A DNA stretch of 36,572 bases from a virus (IMGVR_UViG_3300025600_000037:1-36572); one strand, 5' to 3'. Positions 1 to 7,441 are shown, counted from the stretch's first letter. Notes: generated by a model not told the origin, from the letters alone. Program-made: numbers and translations.

Positions 1-9
1 GTGTCTCCT

Positions 10-135
10 GCGGCTCTGGCGTCGGTGTAAAAACTGCGTCAGCCCACATCGGTTGGCAAAGTTGAGGAGGTATATAAATAATGGGTAAGTCAGTTTCGGG
101 GCTGCTCGCGCATACCGCAAGTAAAATTGGAAAAA
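10..135 (+). repeat. Terminal direct repeat, left copy (circular assembly overlap)
   Basis: 10-135 is identical to 36447-36572; bases 1-9 differ from 36438-36446. Confidence 0.95.
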
Positions 136-974
136 GATATCAATATGCTTACACGGGTATTGTCACTCTTGCAGTTATTAAAGCTAAAGCAATTCAGTAT
201 CCTGAAACGTATACCGCAAAGTATACTGAGGATAGTAAAAAAAACATTGGATATTGGGCTACTGACTGCTCTGGCCTAGTTGATGAATATCTAGGAATTG
301 ATACTTCCGCTGAAGGATATTATCAAACCGCTACTAAAAAAGGAAAAATCTCTGAAGTTCCTATTCCTGAAGTTAAGGGAATTTTGTTATTTATCTATTC
401 TACCAGACTTAAAAAAATGGGCCATGTCGGAGTTTACATTGGTAATGGTGAAGTAGATGAAGCGAGAAGTCTCGCTTTTGGGGTTGTCAGAACTAAAGTC
501 AAAGGTAGGGGTTGGACACATTGGGGTTATTGCAATTTGATCGACTATGCCACAGCTCCAGTTTCTCAACCAGCATCTGCAAATCCACAGGAGGTGAGTG
601 AAGTGTTAACCAAAGGTCAACCAATAAACGAAGATGTTAAGGCGTTACAGCGTGGTCTTAACAGCACAGGCTATGGTTATAATCTTGATCCAGATGGTGA
701 CTACGGTGATTTAACAGAGAAAGCAGCTGCTAATTTTAAGTATAGGCATAGTAACAGCGTTGATGGTAAGGTATTTAACCATGACGATATGTCAGCGCTT
801 CTTAATGTTCTGGCGCAAAGACCGCCTGTTGTGACCACCGTCGAAAAGATCGTCGAGAAAATTGTTACTGTTAGGGACGAAACATTACAAGCATTGGTCG
901 AGTCGCAGAAAAAAGAATTGGCAGCCGTGGCGATCAGCATGGACACACTCAACGCAATCAGCGGAAAGTATTAA
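81..974 (+). CDS. Endolysin: NlpC/P60-type cysteine hydrolase plus peptidoglycan-binding domain
   Basis: DCSGLV and GHVGVYIGNG catalytic motifs; VKALQRGLN...DGDYGDLTEKA PG_binding_1-like motif; GAGGAGG RBS; follows the holin across the circular junction. Confidence 0.9.
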   Translation: MGKSVSGLLAHTASKIGKRYQYAYTGIVTLAVIKAKAIQYPETYTAKYTEDSKKNIGYWATDCSGLVDEYLGIDTSAEGYYQTATKKGKISEVPIPEVKGILLFIYSTRLKKMGHVGVYIGNGEVDEARSLAFGVVRTKVKGRGWTHWGYCNLIDYATAPVSQPASANPQEVSEVLTKGQPINEDVKALQRGLNSTGYGYNLDPDGDYGDLTEKAAANFKYRHSNSVDGKVFNHDDMSALLNVLAQRPPVVTTVEKIVEKIVTVRDETLQALVESQKKELAAVAISMDTLNAISGKY

Positions 975-977
975 AAG

Positions 978-1008
978 AGCCGTCCATCCTGATCGGGTGG
1001 GCGGCTTT
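978..1008 (+). terminator. Hairpin directly after the endolysin (probable terminator)
   Basis: AGCCGTCCATCC-TGATC-GGGTGGGCGGCT then a short T run. Confidence 0.6.
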
Positions 1009-1032
1009 CAGGAAAATAATCAACACATAGCG

Positions 1033-1072
1033 AAGCCCCGTCATTCCTTAACCGGAGTGGCGGGCTTTTTTT
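1033..1072 (+). terminator. Intrinsic terminator ending the late/lysis operon
   Basis: AAGCCCCGTCATTCC-TTAACC-GGAGTGGCGGGCTT followed by a T tract. Confidence 0.85.
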
Positions 1073-1206
1073 GTAGTATTATTATTCATGTTAAAAATAG
1101 TATTCGAACTATTCCATTTGGGCGGATTCGCCCACTGATTCATGTTAATGTTAATATAAATGAGTTTACATAACTTCATATTTCCTTCACAATTTATTGA
1201 TAATAT

Positions 1207-1235
1207 TTGATAATTACTCAGATTGTATGTATTAT
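1207..1235 (+). promoter_or_regulatory. Putative sigma-A promoter of the accessory operon
   Basis: TTGATA-N17-TATTAT upstream of the GAGGGG RBS and ATG 1267. Confidence 0.55.
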
Positions 1236-1266
1236 GTAGTAAAACTAGTGCATTGAGGGGGTTAAT

Positions 1267-1662
1267 ATGGCTCAGTTGACGGGTTTTACATTGTGTGAAT
1301 CACAAATAAACATCAGTACAAAACAAGGTAATAAGGTTCAAGCGCAGGGAATTACGTCTTTATTCAAATTAAAGTACTGCCCAGGTTTGTTTTCGTTTTC
1401 ACTAATAATCTCTTTGTATGATGATGATTTTTCAGGATCACACAGTTTTATTATAAAAGTAAATACTCCTGAAGGCAATGAAATAGCATCGCTTCCCGGC
1501 GCTTTTGCTGATCCAAAATCGCCTGATGGGCAACCAGCACATGGACTAACGATCGGTATGGATCTTAGAAATCTTGAAATACTCGTTTTAGGGAACTACC
1601 AAGTGGAAGTGATATATGACGATAAATCAATTGGTAAATATCCACTAATCCTTGAGGGGTGA
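1267..1662 (+). CDS. DUF6941-like beta-sandwich protein, first gene of the accessory operon
   Basis: 131 aa; FTLCE start, P...SFSL, DLRNL...GNYQVEV..DDKSIG.YPL pattern recalls DUF6941; GTGA overlap with the next gene. Confidence 0.7.
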   Translation: MAQLTGFTLCESQINISTKQGNKVQAQGITSLFKLKYCPGLFSFSLIISLYDDDFSGSHSFIIKVNTPEGNEIASLPGAFADPKSPDGQPAHGLTIGMDLRNLEILVLGNYQVEVIYDDKSIGKYPLILEG

Positions 1663-2228
1663 ATACAATGTCAACCGTAGCTTGTTGCCCTTCTGCCGTT
1701 TACCAACCAGAAATACAACCAGATATGCCTAGAATTTCATCTGGAGACTACGGGAAATCACTTACAATGCATTGCTATTCACTTGATGGACTGCGTGTTT
1801 ATCTTGATGTACAACAAAATGAGGCCCAGCTGGTTCATAACGCTATGCTACCATCAAGCAAATATATAGGTGTAAATGAAATGAATGTAAAACATGTAAT
1901 ATCTATTTCTGATAAATTACAACAAATCAGAGAAACAGGTCTTTTTCACGATTGTGCCGGATCATCCGCAACAAAAAATGATGTTATTTGTAGAGCTTTA
2001 GCTGTAAGTTCGCAAATACCTTCAGGTTTTGATGTATTTCCAACCGGAAGAAATAGCGTTCAATTTGAGTATGAAGAAAAATCAAGAAAATACATTGAAC
2101 TTGAAATATTTAGCGATAAATTTGCATTGCTTTATATGAGCGACGAGAAGACAATTAAATATGAGAACGATAATATTATTAACCTTAATGAAGCTATCAA
2201 AAAGGCAAATGAATTCTATGAGCTTTAA
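1659..2228 (+). CDS. Hypothetical protein, putative antitoxin
   Basis: 189 aa; C-terminal DVFPTGRNSVQFEY..KYIELEIF resembles a domain I recall upstream of ART-like toxins; overlaps both neighbours. Confidence 0.6.
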   Translation: MNTMSTVACCPSAVYQPEIQPDMPRISSGDYGKSLTMHCYSLDGLRVYLDVQQNEAQLVHNAMLPSSKYIGVNEMNVKHVISISDKLQQIRETGLFHDCAGSSATKNDVICRALAVSSQIPSGFDVFPTGRNSVQFEYEEKSRKYIELEIFSDKFALLYMSDEKTIKYENDNIINLNEAIKKANEFYEL

Positions 2229-2625
2229 TATCAGTTGTGTTTATGATGATGAAAGAATATTTCATTCAGTTAAAACAGGAGTTCCGAGTCTTTGGAAACC
2301 TGAAACCGGTCGGCCATCAACTGGATTATTAAAAAATCCTAAGGGGTGCTCCGTTGACAGAGATGGAGATAGAGAAAACCCTGAAATTATCGACTCATTT
2401 ATTCAAAGGTTTGGTCAAAACAATGTTTTAGCATTGATATGGTTGATTGTTTTAGAATGTAGACAAGAAGGCGCTAGAGTTGTTCCTGAACCAATAATAG
2501 ATCCGTCGCCTAATCCGTATCATGCATTACTTCTGGGTGCGGGAAAAAAACAGCTTGAGAGTGGAAAATTAAAAGTTTTGACAAATGCTGCAAAAATAAT
2601 AATGTTAAATGTAATTGCCAACTAA
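2209..2625 (+). CDS. Putative ADP-ribosyltransferase-fold (Tse2/RES-like) toxin; start uncertain (2161, 2209 or 2218)
   Basis: DDERIFH...RPST.L....GCSVDR...VVPEP....NPYHALL motif order. Confidence 0.55.
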   Translation: MNSMSFNISCVYDDERIFHSVKTGVPSLWKPETGRPSTGLLKNPKGCSVDRDGDRENPEIIDSFIQRFGQNNVLALIWLIVLECRQEGARVVPEPIIDPSPNPYHALLLGAGKKQLESGKLKVLTNAAKIIMLNVIAN

Positions 2626-2690
2626 GACTGATTATTAACCTTCAATATTCTATTGAAATAGTAAATCATAACTCACTCCAATTTCATAAA

Positions 2691-2993
2691 TCACTCCCAC
2701 GGAACCCCCAGCACGACACTAATCCGCTTGGCTTTGGCCAGCGTGAGTGGCCGATTTGTCCAGGACCGTGTTGGGGTTAGCCCATATACGGCATCCTGCG
2801 AGAAGAATACAATGAATATCGGATATATCGTATAGACTGCTGCGCTGCTCTCGGCTACGATTATTTCATGTTTATCGAAATTCCCGCCTGGAGAATACAG
2901 ACAATTCTGCTGCTGACGATCCTTGACTTGGTCGTACTGCAGGCGTTCGAGCGTGGCGAGTATGAGCGATTGATCGATGCTAATTATTATCAA
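2691..2993 (-). CDS. Hypothetical protein (doubtful, possibly a remnant)
   Basis: 100-codon ORF with TTG start and no clear RBS, convergent on the accessory operon. Confidence 0.3.
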   Translation of the reverse strand: MIIISIDQSLILATLERLQYDQVKDRQQQNCLYSPGGNFDKHEIIVAESSAAVYTIYPIFIVFFSQDAVYGLTPTRSWTNRPLTLAKAKRISVVLGVPWE

Positions 2994-3018
2994 CTGGAGA
3001 TTAAGAAAGAGCTGAAAT

Positions 3019-3052
3019 AAAAAAACCGCCGGAGATCTCCGACGGCTCTTTT
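3019..3052 (-). terminator. Intrinsic terminator (minus strand, possibly bidirectional)
   Basis: Minus strand CCGTCGGAG-AT-CTCCGGCGG followed by T7. Confidence 0.75.
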
Positions 3053-3221
3053 GTGCCTAAATTCTTCGCAGCCGAACGTGATCATTGCGCTCCGATGGAT
3101 CTTCTTTTTCCTTCATGTCCCGTTCCAGCCATCGCCCTTGATGGTAGAATATTCAGAAGTTAGTTTGTTGGTCAGTCGGATAGTAAACTCTTCATTTTGC
3201 ATAGTATGTGCATCCTTTTGC

Positions 3222-3270
3222 AGCTACGTCAAAGCTACGATATGACCCCAAAAGCTACGGTAAAGCTACG
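3222..3270 (+). repeat. attP left-arm integrase binding sites (4 x (AA)AGCTACG)
   Basis: Copies at 3222, 3231, 3251 and 3262, in two pairs with 11-bp period. Confidence 0.8.
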
Positions 3271-3338
3271 TTCTTTTCGGTCTGTTTTTGTCCTATTTTG
3301 TCTCATTATGTCTACCGTGTGATACAATAGTATAAGAT

Positions 3339-3371
3339 GTTTCACGGTTTATATCAGTCGTTTCACGGTTT
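3339..3371 (+). repeat. Direct repeat GTTTCACGGTTT x2 in attP (accessory-factor or Xis site candidate)
   Basis: Copies at 3339-3350 and 3360-3371, 21-bp period, just left of the core. Confidence 0.55.
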
Positions 3372-3382
3372 GCCGTCTGATA

Positions 3383-3429
3383 GACTGAAAATCCCCGTGT
3401 CGTTGGTTCGATTCCGACTCTGGGCACCA
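3383..3429 (+). other. attP core = 3' half of tRNA-Phe(GAA), anticodon loop to CCA
   Basis: GACTGAAAATCCCCGTGTCGTTGGTTCGATTCCGACTCTGGGCACCA has anticodon GAA, T-arm, 3' acceptor strand and CCA but no 5' half; adjacent to the integrase stop. Confidence 0.92.
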
Positions 3430-3467
3430 CCCCGAAACACCTGCAATCAGGCCGTTTCGGGGTTTTT
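3429..3467 (+). terminator. Terminator supplied to the reconstituted tRNA after integration
   Basis: ACCCCGAAAC...GTTTCGGGGT followed by a T run directly after CCA. Confidence 0.7.
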
Positions 3468-4607
3468 ACTTTTCTCGGCCTTTTGTTTGGTTTTACTCAA
3501 AAGCTCCGATAAAGCTACGTTACCTTTTTGTCCGTCAATGTCCTCTGCTGTCTTGTGAGCGTAAATTTCTAATGTTGTTTTCGCGTCAGCATGACCGCAT
3601 AAGACCATATTCTCCGTGACTGTATACCCATAATCGGCCAGATCACTGGCGAAAGTATGCCGAAGCAAGTGCGGCGAAATATCCTTGCCGATGCCCCAGA
3701 TGGTTTCACGGTACCGCCTGGTCTTGGGATCGGTCTTCCCGGCGCCACCGGCTGCGATATTCCAGTGGTGCCGGATCTTCTCCCAGCGCCGCTTGAAAGA
3801 GTTCTCGGTCATGGTACCGCCTGCCGCGGTCAGGAACAGATACCCGGAGCATTTGTCGGCATACTTCACCAGGTCAGGCAGGAAGTCGTCAAAGACGGGC
3901 ACAGAGCGCATTCCGGCCATGGTCTTTGGATATGGCCTGATCATGTTCGTCTCAAAGTCAACAACCTGGTCGACATAGACACGGGCAGATATGGGCTTCT
4001 TCATCCCGTCTCGCTTGATTTTGATTCGGTTGACGTGCATCGCGGCTGCCTCCTGACGCCTGAGACCGCAACGCAGCATCAGGCCGACAAGTACCTGGTC
4101 CTCGAGCGTGAGTGGTGTTCTGGCCAGCGCTGCACGCTCGGGGGTTGTTAGTGCCCTCTTACGCTTTGCCTTGGCTGACGGCCGCTCGATCCGGATCACC
4201 GGGTTCGAGCTGGCAACCTTGTTGATGACAGCTGAGTCGAATATCGCCTTGAGCGTAACGACAACCTTCTGCGCGGTCCGGGGCCGATCGTCGAGCTTGT
4301 CGATAAAATTTTGCACGTCGATCTGCTTTACCTGGTGGCACTTCCTGTTGCCGAGGTTTGGGATGATATGATTGTCGACAATCTTCTTGTAATCGGCATA
4401 GGTGGCCGGGGCGCGCTTCTTTTTGGTTTCCAGCCACCTGATCGCCCAGGCTGCAACAGTCGCAGTCTTGACCGTCATCTCTCCGGTGATGTACTTGCGC
4501 TTGAGCTCGGCCAGTTTGCGGTCAAGGGCCAGTCGCGTGGTGGCGCTAGCGTACCGGCGAATTTCCTTGCCGGTCTCGTCCGTCCCGAGATAAATAAAGC
4601 CCTTCAT
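3447..4607 (-). CDS. int: Tyrosine integrase
   Basis: 386 aa; GLRRQEA, HLLRHTFAS, GHADAKTTLEIYAH catalytic R-H-R-H-Y set; SAM-like core-binding region; next to attP. Confidence 0.95.
   Translation of the reverse strand: MKGFIYLGTDETGKEIRRYASATTRLALDRKLAELKRKYITGEMTVKTATVAAWAIRWLETKKKRAPATYADYKKIVDNHIIPNLGNRKCHQVKQIDVQNFIDKLDDRPRTAQKVVVTLKAIFDSAVINKVASSNPVIRIERPSAKAKRKRALTTPERAALARTPLTLEDQVLVGLMLRCGLRRQEAAAMHVNRIKIKRDGMKKPISARVYVDQVVDFETNMIRPYPKTMAGMRSVPVFDDFLPDLVKYADKCSGYLFLTAAGGTMTENSFKRRWEKIRHHWNIAAGGAGKTDPKTRRYRETIWGIGKDISPHLLRHTFASDLADYGYTVTENMVLCGHADAKTTLEIYAHKTAEDIDGQKGNVALSELLSKTKQKAEKSKNPETA
3500..3519 (+). repeat. attP right-arm sites (AAAGCTCCG, AAAGCTACG) inside the integrase 3' end
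   Basis: Same 9-mer and 11-bp period as the left arm. Confidence 0.75.
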
Positions 4608-4620
4608 ACCTCTCTCCTTG

Positions 4621-4719
4621 TGGTATAATGGGCGACATAAAGCCGCCCGCGTGTGTGGGTGGAAATACCGAGAGATTCAGCGCTTGCCCGTGGTAAGATG
4701 GGCGCTGGGTCTCTTTTTA
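4621..4719 (+). ncRNA. Putative antisense small RNA unit upstream of int
   Basis: TGgTATAAT at 4621-4629; hairpin 4643-4662; 15-bp stem 4671-4685/4700-4714 plus T tract; G-U pairs favour the + strand. Confidence 0.55.
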
Positions 4720-5349
4720 TCCTATGTTAAACCAAACGAAATCCTCATATCTTACAATTACCTTTTCGCCAATTGGAGCAAAGATACCTACGTATCCAGT
4801 CAATGTACCACCCTCAAATATTTCTCCGGAAAATTCATTTGGGGCCATAATTGATTCTTTGACCAGTTTGGTATAAGTTTTATTAAAAAAATCAAAAGAA
4901 TAATCCGATACGCTAAGCCCTTCATTTTCGTTGGTAGGATCATATTTATTTAAATCAAATTTAAATTTGGCTAATATTGCTTCTTTGCCGTCCGGAATTT
5001 TATTGAATTGATTTTCTTTCATAATTATGGCCTTGGCTGGAGCGCCACGAATTACTTCAAGTAATGTAATTGTATATTCGTATTTCGCGTTGTATGCGTC
5101 GGCTGTAACTGTACGCGCCATCCCGAGCGGAGCCGGATTCGTTCTTGTTCCAGGTTGTGCCGTCGTGGTTGGCGGCGAAGTCACTCGCGTGGTCTCAACC
5201 GTCGTTGCAGTAGTGGTTGGTGCTGTGGTGGTCGGCGCTATAGTAGTAGTCGGTGCCGTGGTGGTCGGAGTAGTAGCGGTTGGTGTAGCCGCTGAACAGC
5301 CGGACAGGACCAGTGTCAAAGCAAGTAACAGGATAATTACCTTCTTCAT
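4717..5349 (-). CDS. Lipoprotein with Thr/Pro-rich stalk and DUF4352-like Ig domain (superinfection-exclusion candidate)
   Basis: MKK, hydrophobic stretch and lipobox LSGC; PTTT repeats; GTRTNPAPLG...ENQFN motif; GGAGG RBS; lies in the immunity operon. Confidence 0.8.
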   Translation of the reverse strand: MKKVIILLLALTLVLSGCSAATPTATTPTTTAPTTTIAPTTTAPTTTATTVETTRVTSPPTTTAQPGTRTNPAPLGMARTVTADAYNAKYEYTITLLEVIRGAPAKAIIMKENQFNKIPDGKEAILAKFKFDLNKYDPTNENEGLSVSDYSFDFFNKTYTKLVKESIMAPNEFSGEIFEGGTLTGYVGIFAPIGEKVIVRYEDFVWFNIG

Positions 5350-5376
5350 GATCGTCCTCCTCAAAATGGGTCTTTT

Positions 5377-6432
5377 TTATGCTTCTAGTGATTTTATGAT
5401 CTCCGCTATCCTCGGACGGAATTGATAAATATCCTCCAATTGATCTATGTAAATACGCTCTTCTTTTCCGTCAATGGGGAAGATGATACACTTTCTCTTG
5501 TCGGATAACTTGAATCGGCAAATCCATTTGTTTGGTTTTCCGTCAAGGATAACTCCGCAATAATTGACGGTATCTCGTATCTGAATTCTTTTGGATGAAA
5601 TCGATTCGGCAACGATACTTCTAATGATATAATATGCTTCCATTTCTTCTTCAGTCGTAATGATTTTGGGTTCATTGTCTACTTCAATTTCGACCGGTTG
5701 CATAACGTCAGTTGCCTGTTTTTCTACTTTCAAGGCGTTTGTTATTTTGTCATTCATAAGTTCGACTATATATTGATTGATGGTTTTCTTTACGATCGGC
5801 TTGAATTTTTCGACAACCGGTTGTGTCATTCGTCCTTCATAGAAACTTTTCACAATATGAACGGTGAAATCATCAGAAGGCTCTTTGAATTGCTGATCAA
5901 GATATTTTTTGATTTCGTATGAATACTTCAGTTCTGAAGCAGTATTGAAAATGACATTCACATCAAAAGTGGATTTTGCAAACTTCTTGATCTCCGGAAC
6001 AAGGTTTTCTTTAATATCGAGAAGATCGAACTCTAAAAAAGGCTTGCAATCCATTTTGTTCGCTTCGTCAAGATCCGTGTAAAAACAATATTTCAATCCA
6101 TTCGTCAATATTCCGAATTTAGCTTTTGTGGTAGTAAAGTATCTGAATAATTGGCTGCCATGTAGACTTAAATTTTCATTCACAGATTTTGCTTCGATCA
6201 ACATGCATAATTTATTGTCTATATAAACAGCGTAATCAACTTTTTCGCCTTTTTTAATACCAACATCAGCGATGCACTCTGGACGAAATTCCAACGGATT
6301 GAATACATCATACCCAAGCAGCTGGAAGAAAGGCATAACAAGGGCGTTTTTGGTTGATTCCTCGGTCGAAAGATGTTTCCTGACTTCACTGGCTCTTTCA
6401 GAAAATTGTTTCAACTGATCAATAAAATCCAT
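5377..6432 (-). CDS. HsdR_N-like PD-(D/E)XK nuclease-domain protein
   Basis: TEESTKNALVMPF, GEKVDYAV, LIEAK, QLFRYF, GILTNG motifs; no helicase or methylase partner. Confidence 0.85.
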   Translation of the reverse strand: MDFIDQLKQFSERASEVRKHLSTEESTKNALVMPFFQLLGYDVFNPLEFRPECIADVGIKKGEKVDYAVYIDNKLCMLIEAKSVNENLSLHGSQLFRYFTTTKAKFGILTNGLKYCFYTDLDEANKMDCKPFLEFDLLDIKENLVPEIKKFAKSTFDVNVIFNTASELKYSYEIKKYLDQQFKEPSDDFTVHIVKSFYEGRMTQPVVEKFKPIVKKTINQYIVELMNDKITNALKVEKQATDVMQPVEIEVDNEPKIITTEEEMEAYYIIRSIVAESISSKRIQIRDTVNYCGVILDGKPNKWICRFKLSDKRKCIIFPIDGKEERIYIDQLEDIYQFRPRIAEIIKSLEA

Positions 6433-6447
6433 GGTGCGTGTTCCTCC

Positions 6448-6729
6448 TTAAAATGGGTTTTCTACCTCTATATCCTCGACCGGTTCAAGCCGGTCAAAAT
6501 CGTTGTTGACGATATGGTGCATCTCGTGTAAAAGCGCTTCCCATTTTTGATCATCAGGAACACACTCATTGATTTCGATTTGATACCATGTTCCGCAAAT
6601 TATGGCCAAGCCTTTGATTTCATAGGGCATTGGCCGTTGAATCACGCGGATTCTGTTCGCTAATAAATAATCATTTGTAAGATCAGTCTTGTGACATACG
6701 ATCTCTCTGATTTCTAAGTAATTCAGCAT
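6448..6729 (-). CDS. ImmA/IrrE-family metallopeptidase (anti-repressor)
   Basis: HEMHH zinc motif; overlaps the repressor gene. Confidence 0.85.
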   Translation of the reverse strand: MLNYLEIREIVCHKTDLTNDYLLANRIRVIQRPMPYEIKGLAIICGTWYQIEINECVPDDQKWEALLHEMHHIVNNDFDRLEPVEDIEVENPF

Positions 6730-7063
6730 ATTTACGCAAATCCTTTTTACCCTGTTCGGTCAATGTTCCGCTGATCTTTGCGACCATGCGGACGTCTGGA
6801 TCGTTTTTTAGGGTTTCAAGAAGTTCGTTGGTATCGTCTGCGCCCATCAGCCAAGCAGGGGAAACGCCAAGTGCCGCTGCCATCTTTAAGATGTTGTTTT
6901 GTTTTGGCTCATGATTCGTGCTCGCATACATACTGATCATAGATTTGCTTATTCCTGTCATTCGTGCCAGATCAGCCGGAATAATCCCTGCCAATTCCAT
7001 AGCCTGAGACAGTCGTGATGCAAATAATTGAATCATTTCCTCATCCTTATTGGTTTTCATCAT
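6683..7063 (-). CDS. CI/ImmR-like XRE repressor
   Basis: ADLARMTGISKSMISMY HTH; ALGVSPAWLMG; divergent from cro. Confidence 0.9.
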   Translation of the reverse strand: MMKTNKDEEMIQLFASRLSQAMELAGIIPADLARMTGISKSMISMYASTNHEPKQNNILKMAAALGVSPAWLMGADDTNELLETLKNDPDVRMVAKISGTLTEQGKKDLRKYAELLRNQRDRMSQD

Positions 7064-7097
7064 TGACTTGTCCCCCTATATTTTTCTCGTGAATATT

Positions 7098-7126
7098 ATC
7101 CTACATCTAAAGTTAAATATATTCAA
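7098..7126 (-). promoter_or_regulatory. Putative leftward (lysogenic) promoter
   Basis: Minus strand TTGAAT-N17-TAGGAT. Confidence 0.45.
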
Positions 7127-7157
7127 TCATTTTTTGAAAATAGTTCAATAAATAGTA

Positions 7158-7186
7158 TTGACACATAGATTTGATATTGATACTAT
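7158..7186 (+). promoter_or_regulatory. Rightward early lytic promoter
   Basis: TTGACA-N17-TACTAT with TGn extension. Confidence 0.8.
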
Positions 7187-7188
7187 AA

Positions 7189-7204
7189 GTTCAACGCATT
7201 GAAC
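7189..7204. promoter_or_regulatory. Repressor operator GTTCAA-N4-TTGAAC
   Basis: Perfect palindrome over the early transcription start; degenerate or half copies near 7112 and 7143. Confidence 0.75.
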
Positions 7205-7222
7205 GGAACGGAGGTGACCCAA

Positions 7223-7441
7223 ATGAAATACGACTACACCAAACTGCGACAGAAATTCATCGAAAAGAAGCTTACACAGTCAGAAGCCGGTGCTAGAGCA
7301 GGCATAAGGTCAAGTTTATTTAGTATGAAGTTGAGTAGTCAGGTTGAATTCAAACAATCTGAGATATTTGCTTTGTGCAAGTTGCTTGGAATTCCTGATA
7401 AGCAAATCAATGAATATTTTTTTGTTTTAGAAGTTCAATAG
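7223..7441 (+). CDS. Cro-like HTH regulator (DUF739-like)
   Basis: MKYDYTKLR...TQSE...EFKQSEI...EYFF; GGAGGTGA RBS. Confidence 0.85.
   Translation: MKYDYTKLRQKFIEKKLTQSEAGARAGIRSSLFSMKLSSQVEFKQSEIFALCKLLGIPDKQINEYFFVLEVQ

Noticed and set aside
1084-1148. ATTCATGTTAA direct repeat flanking two small hairpins (possible repeat-spacer unit)
   Set aside because: Only 11 bp, two copies, in AT-rich DNA; insufficient evidence
1048-1179. 43-aa minus-strand ORF (MKLCKLIYIN...) with GAAGGA upstream
   Set aside because: Low-complexity Asn-rich product that runs into the terminator hairpin; no other support
3222-3371. CRISPR-like or mini-array repeats
   Set aside because: Repeats are only 9-12 bp with short spacing and recur on the other side of the att core, as expected for recombination-protein sites
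3383-3429. Functional tRNA-Phe gene
   Set aside because: 5' acceptor strand and D-arm are missing; it is the attP core
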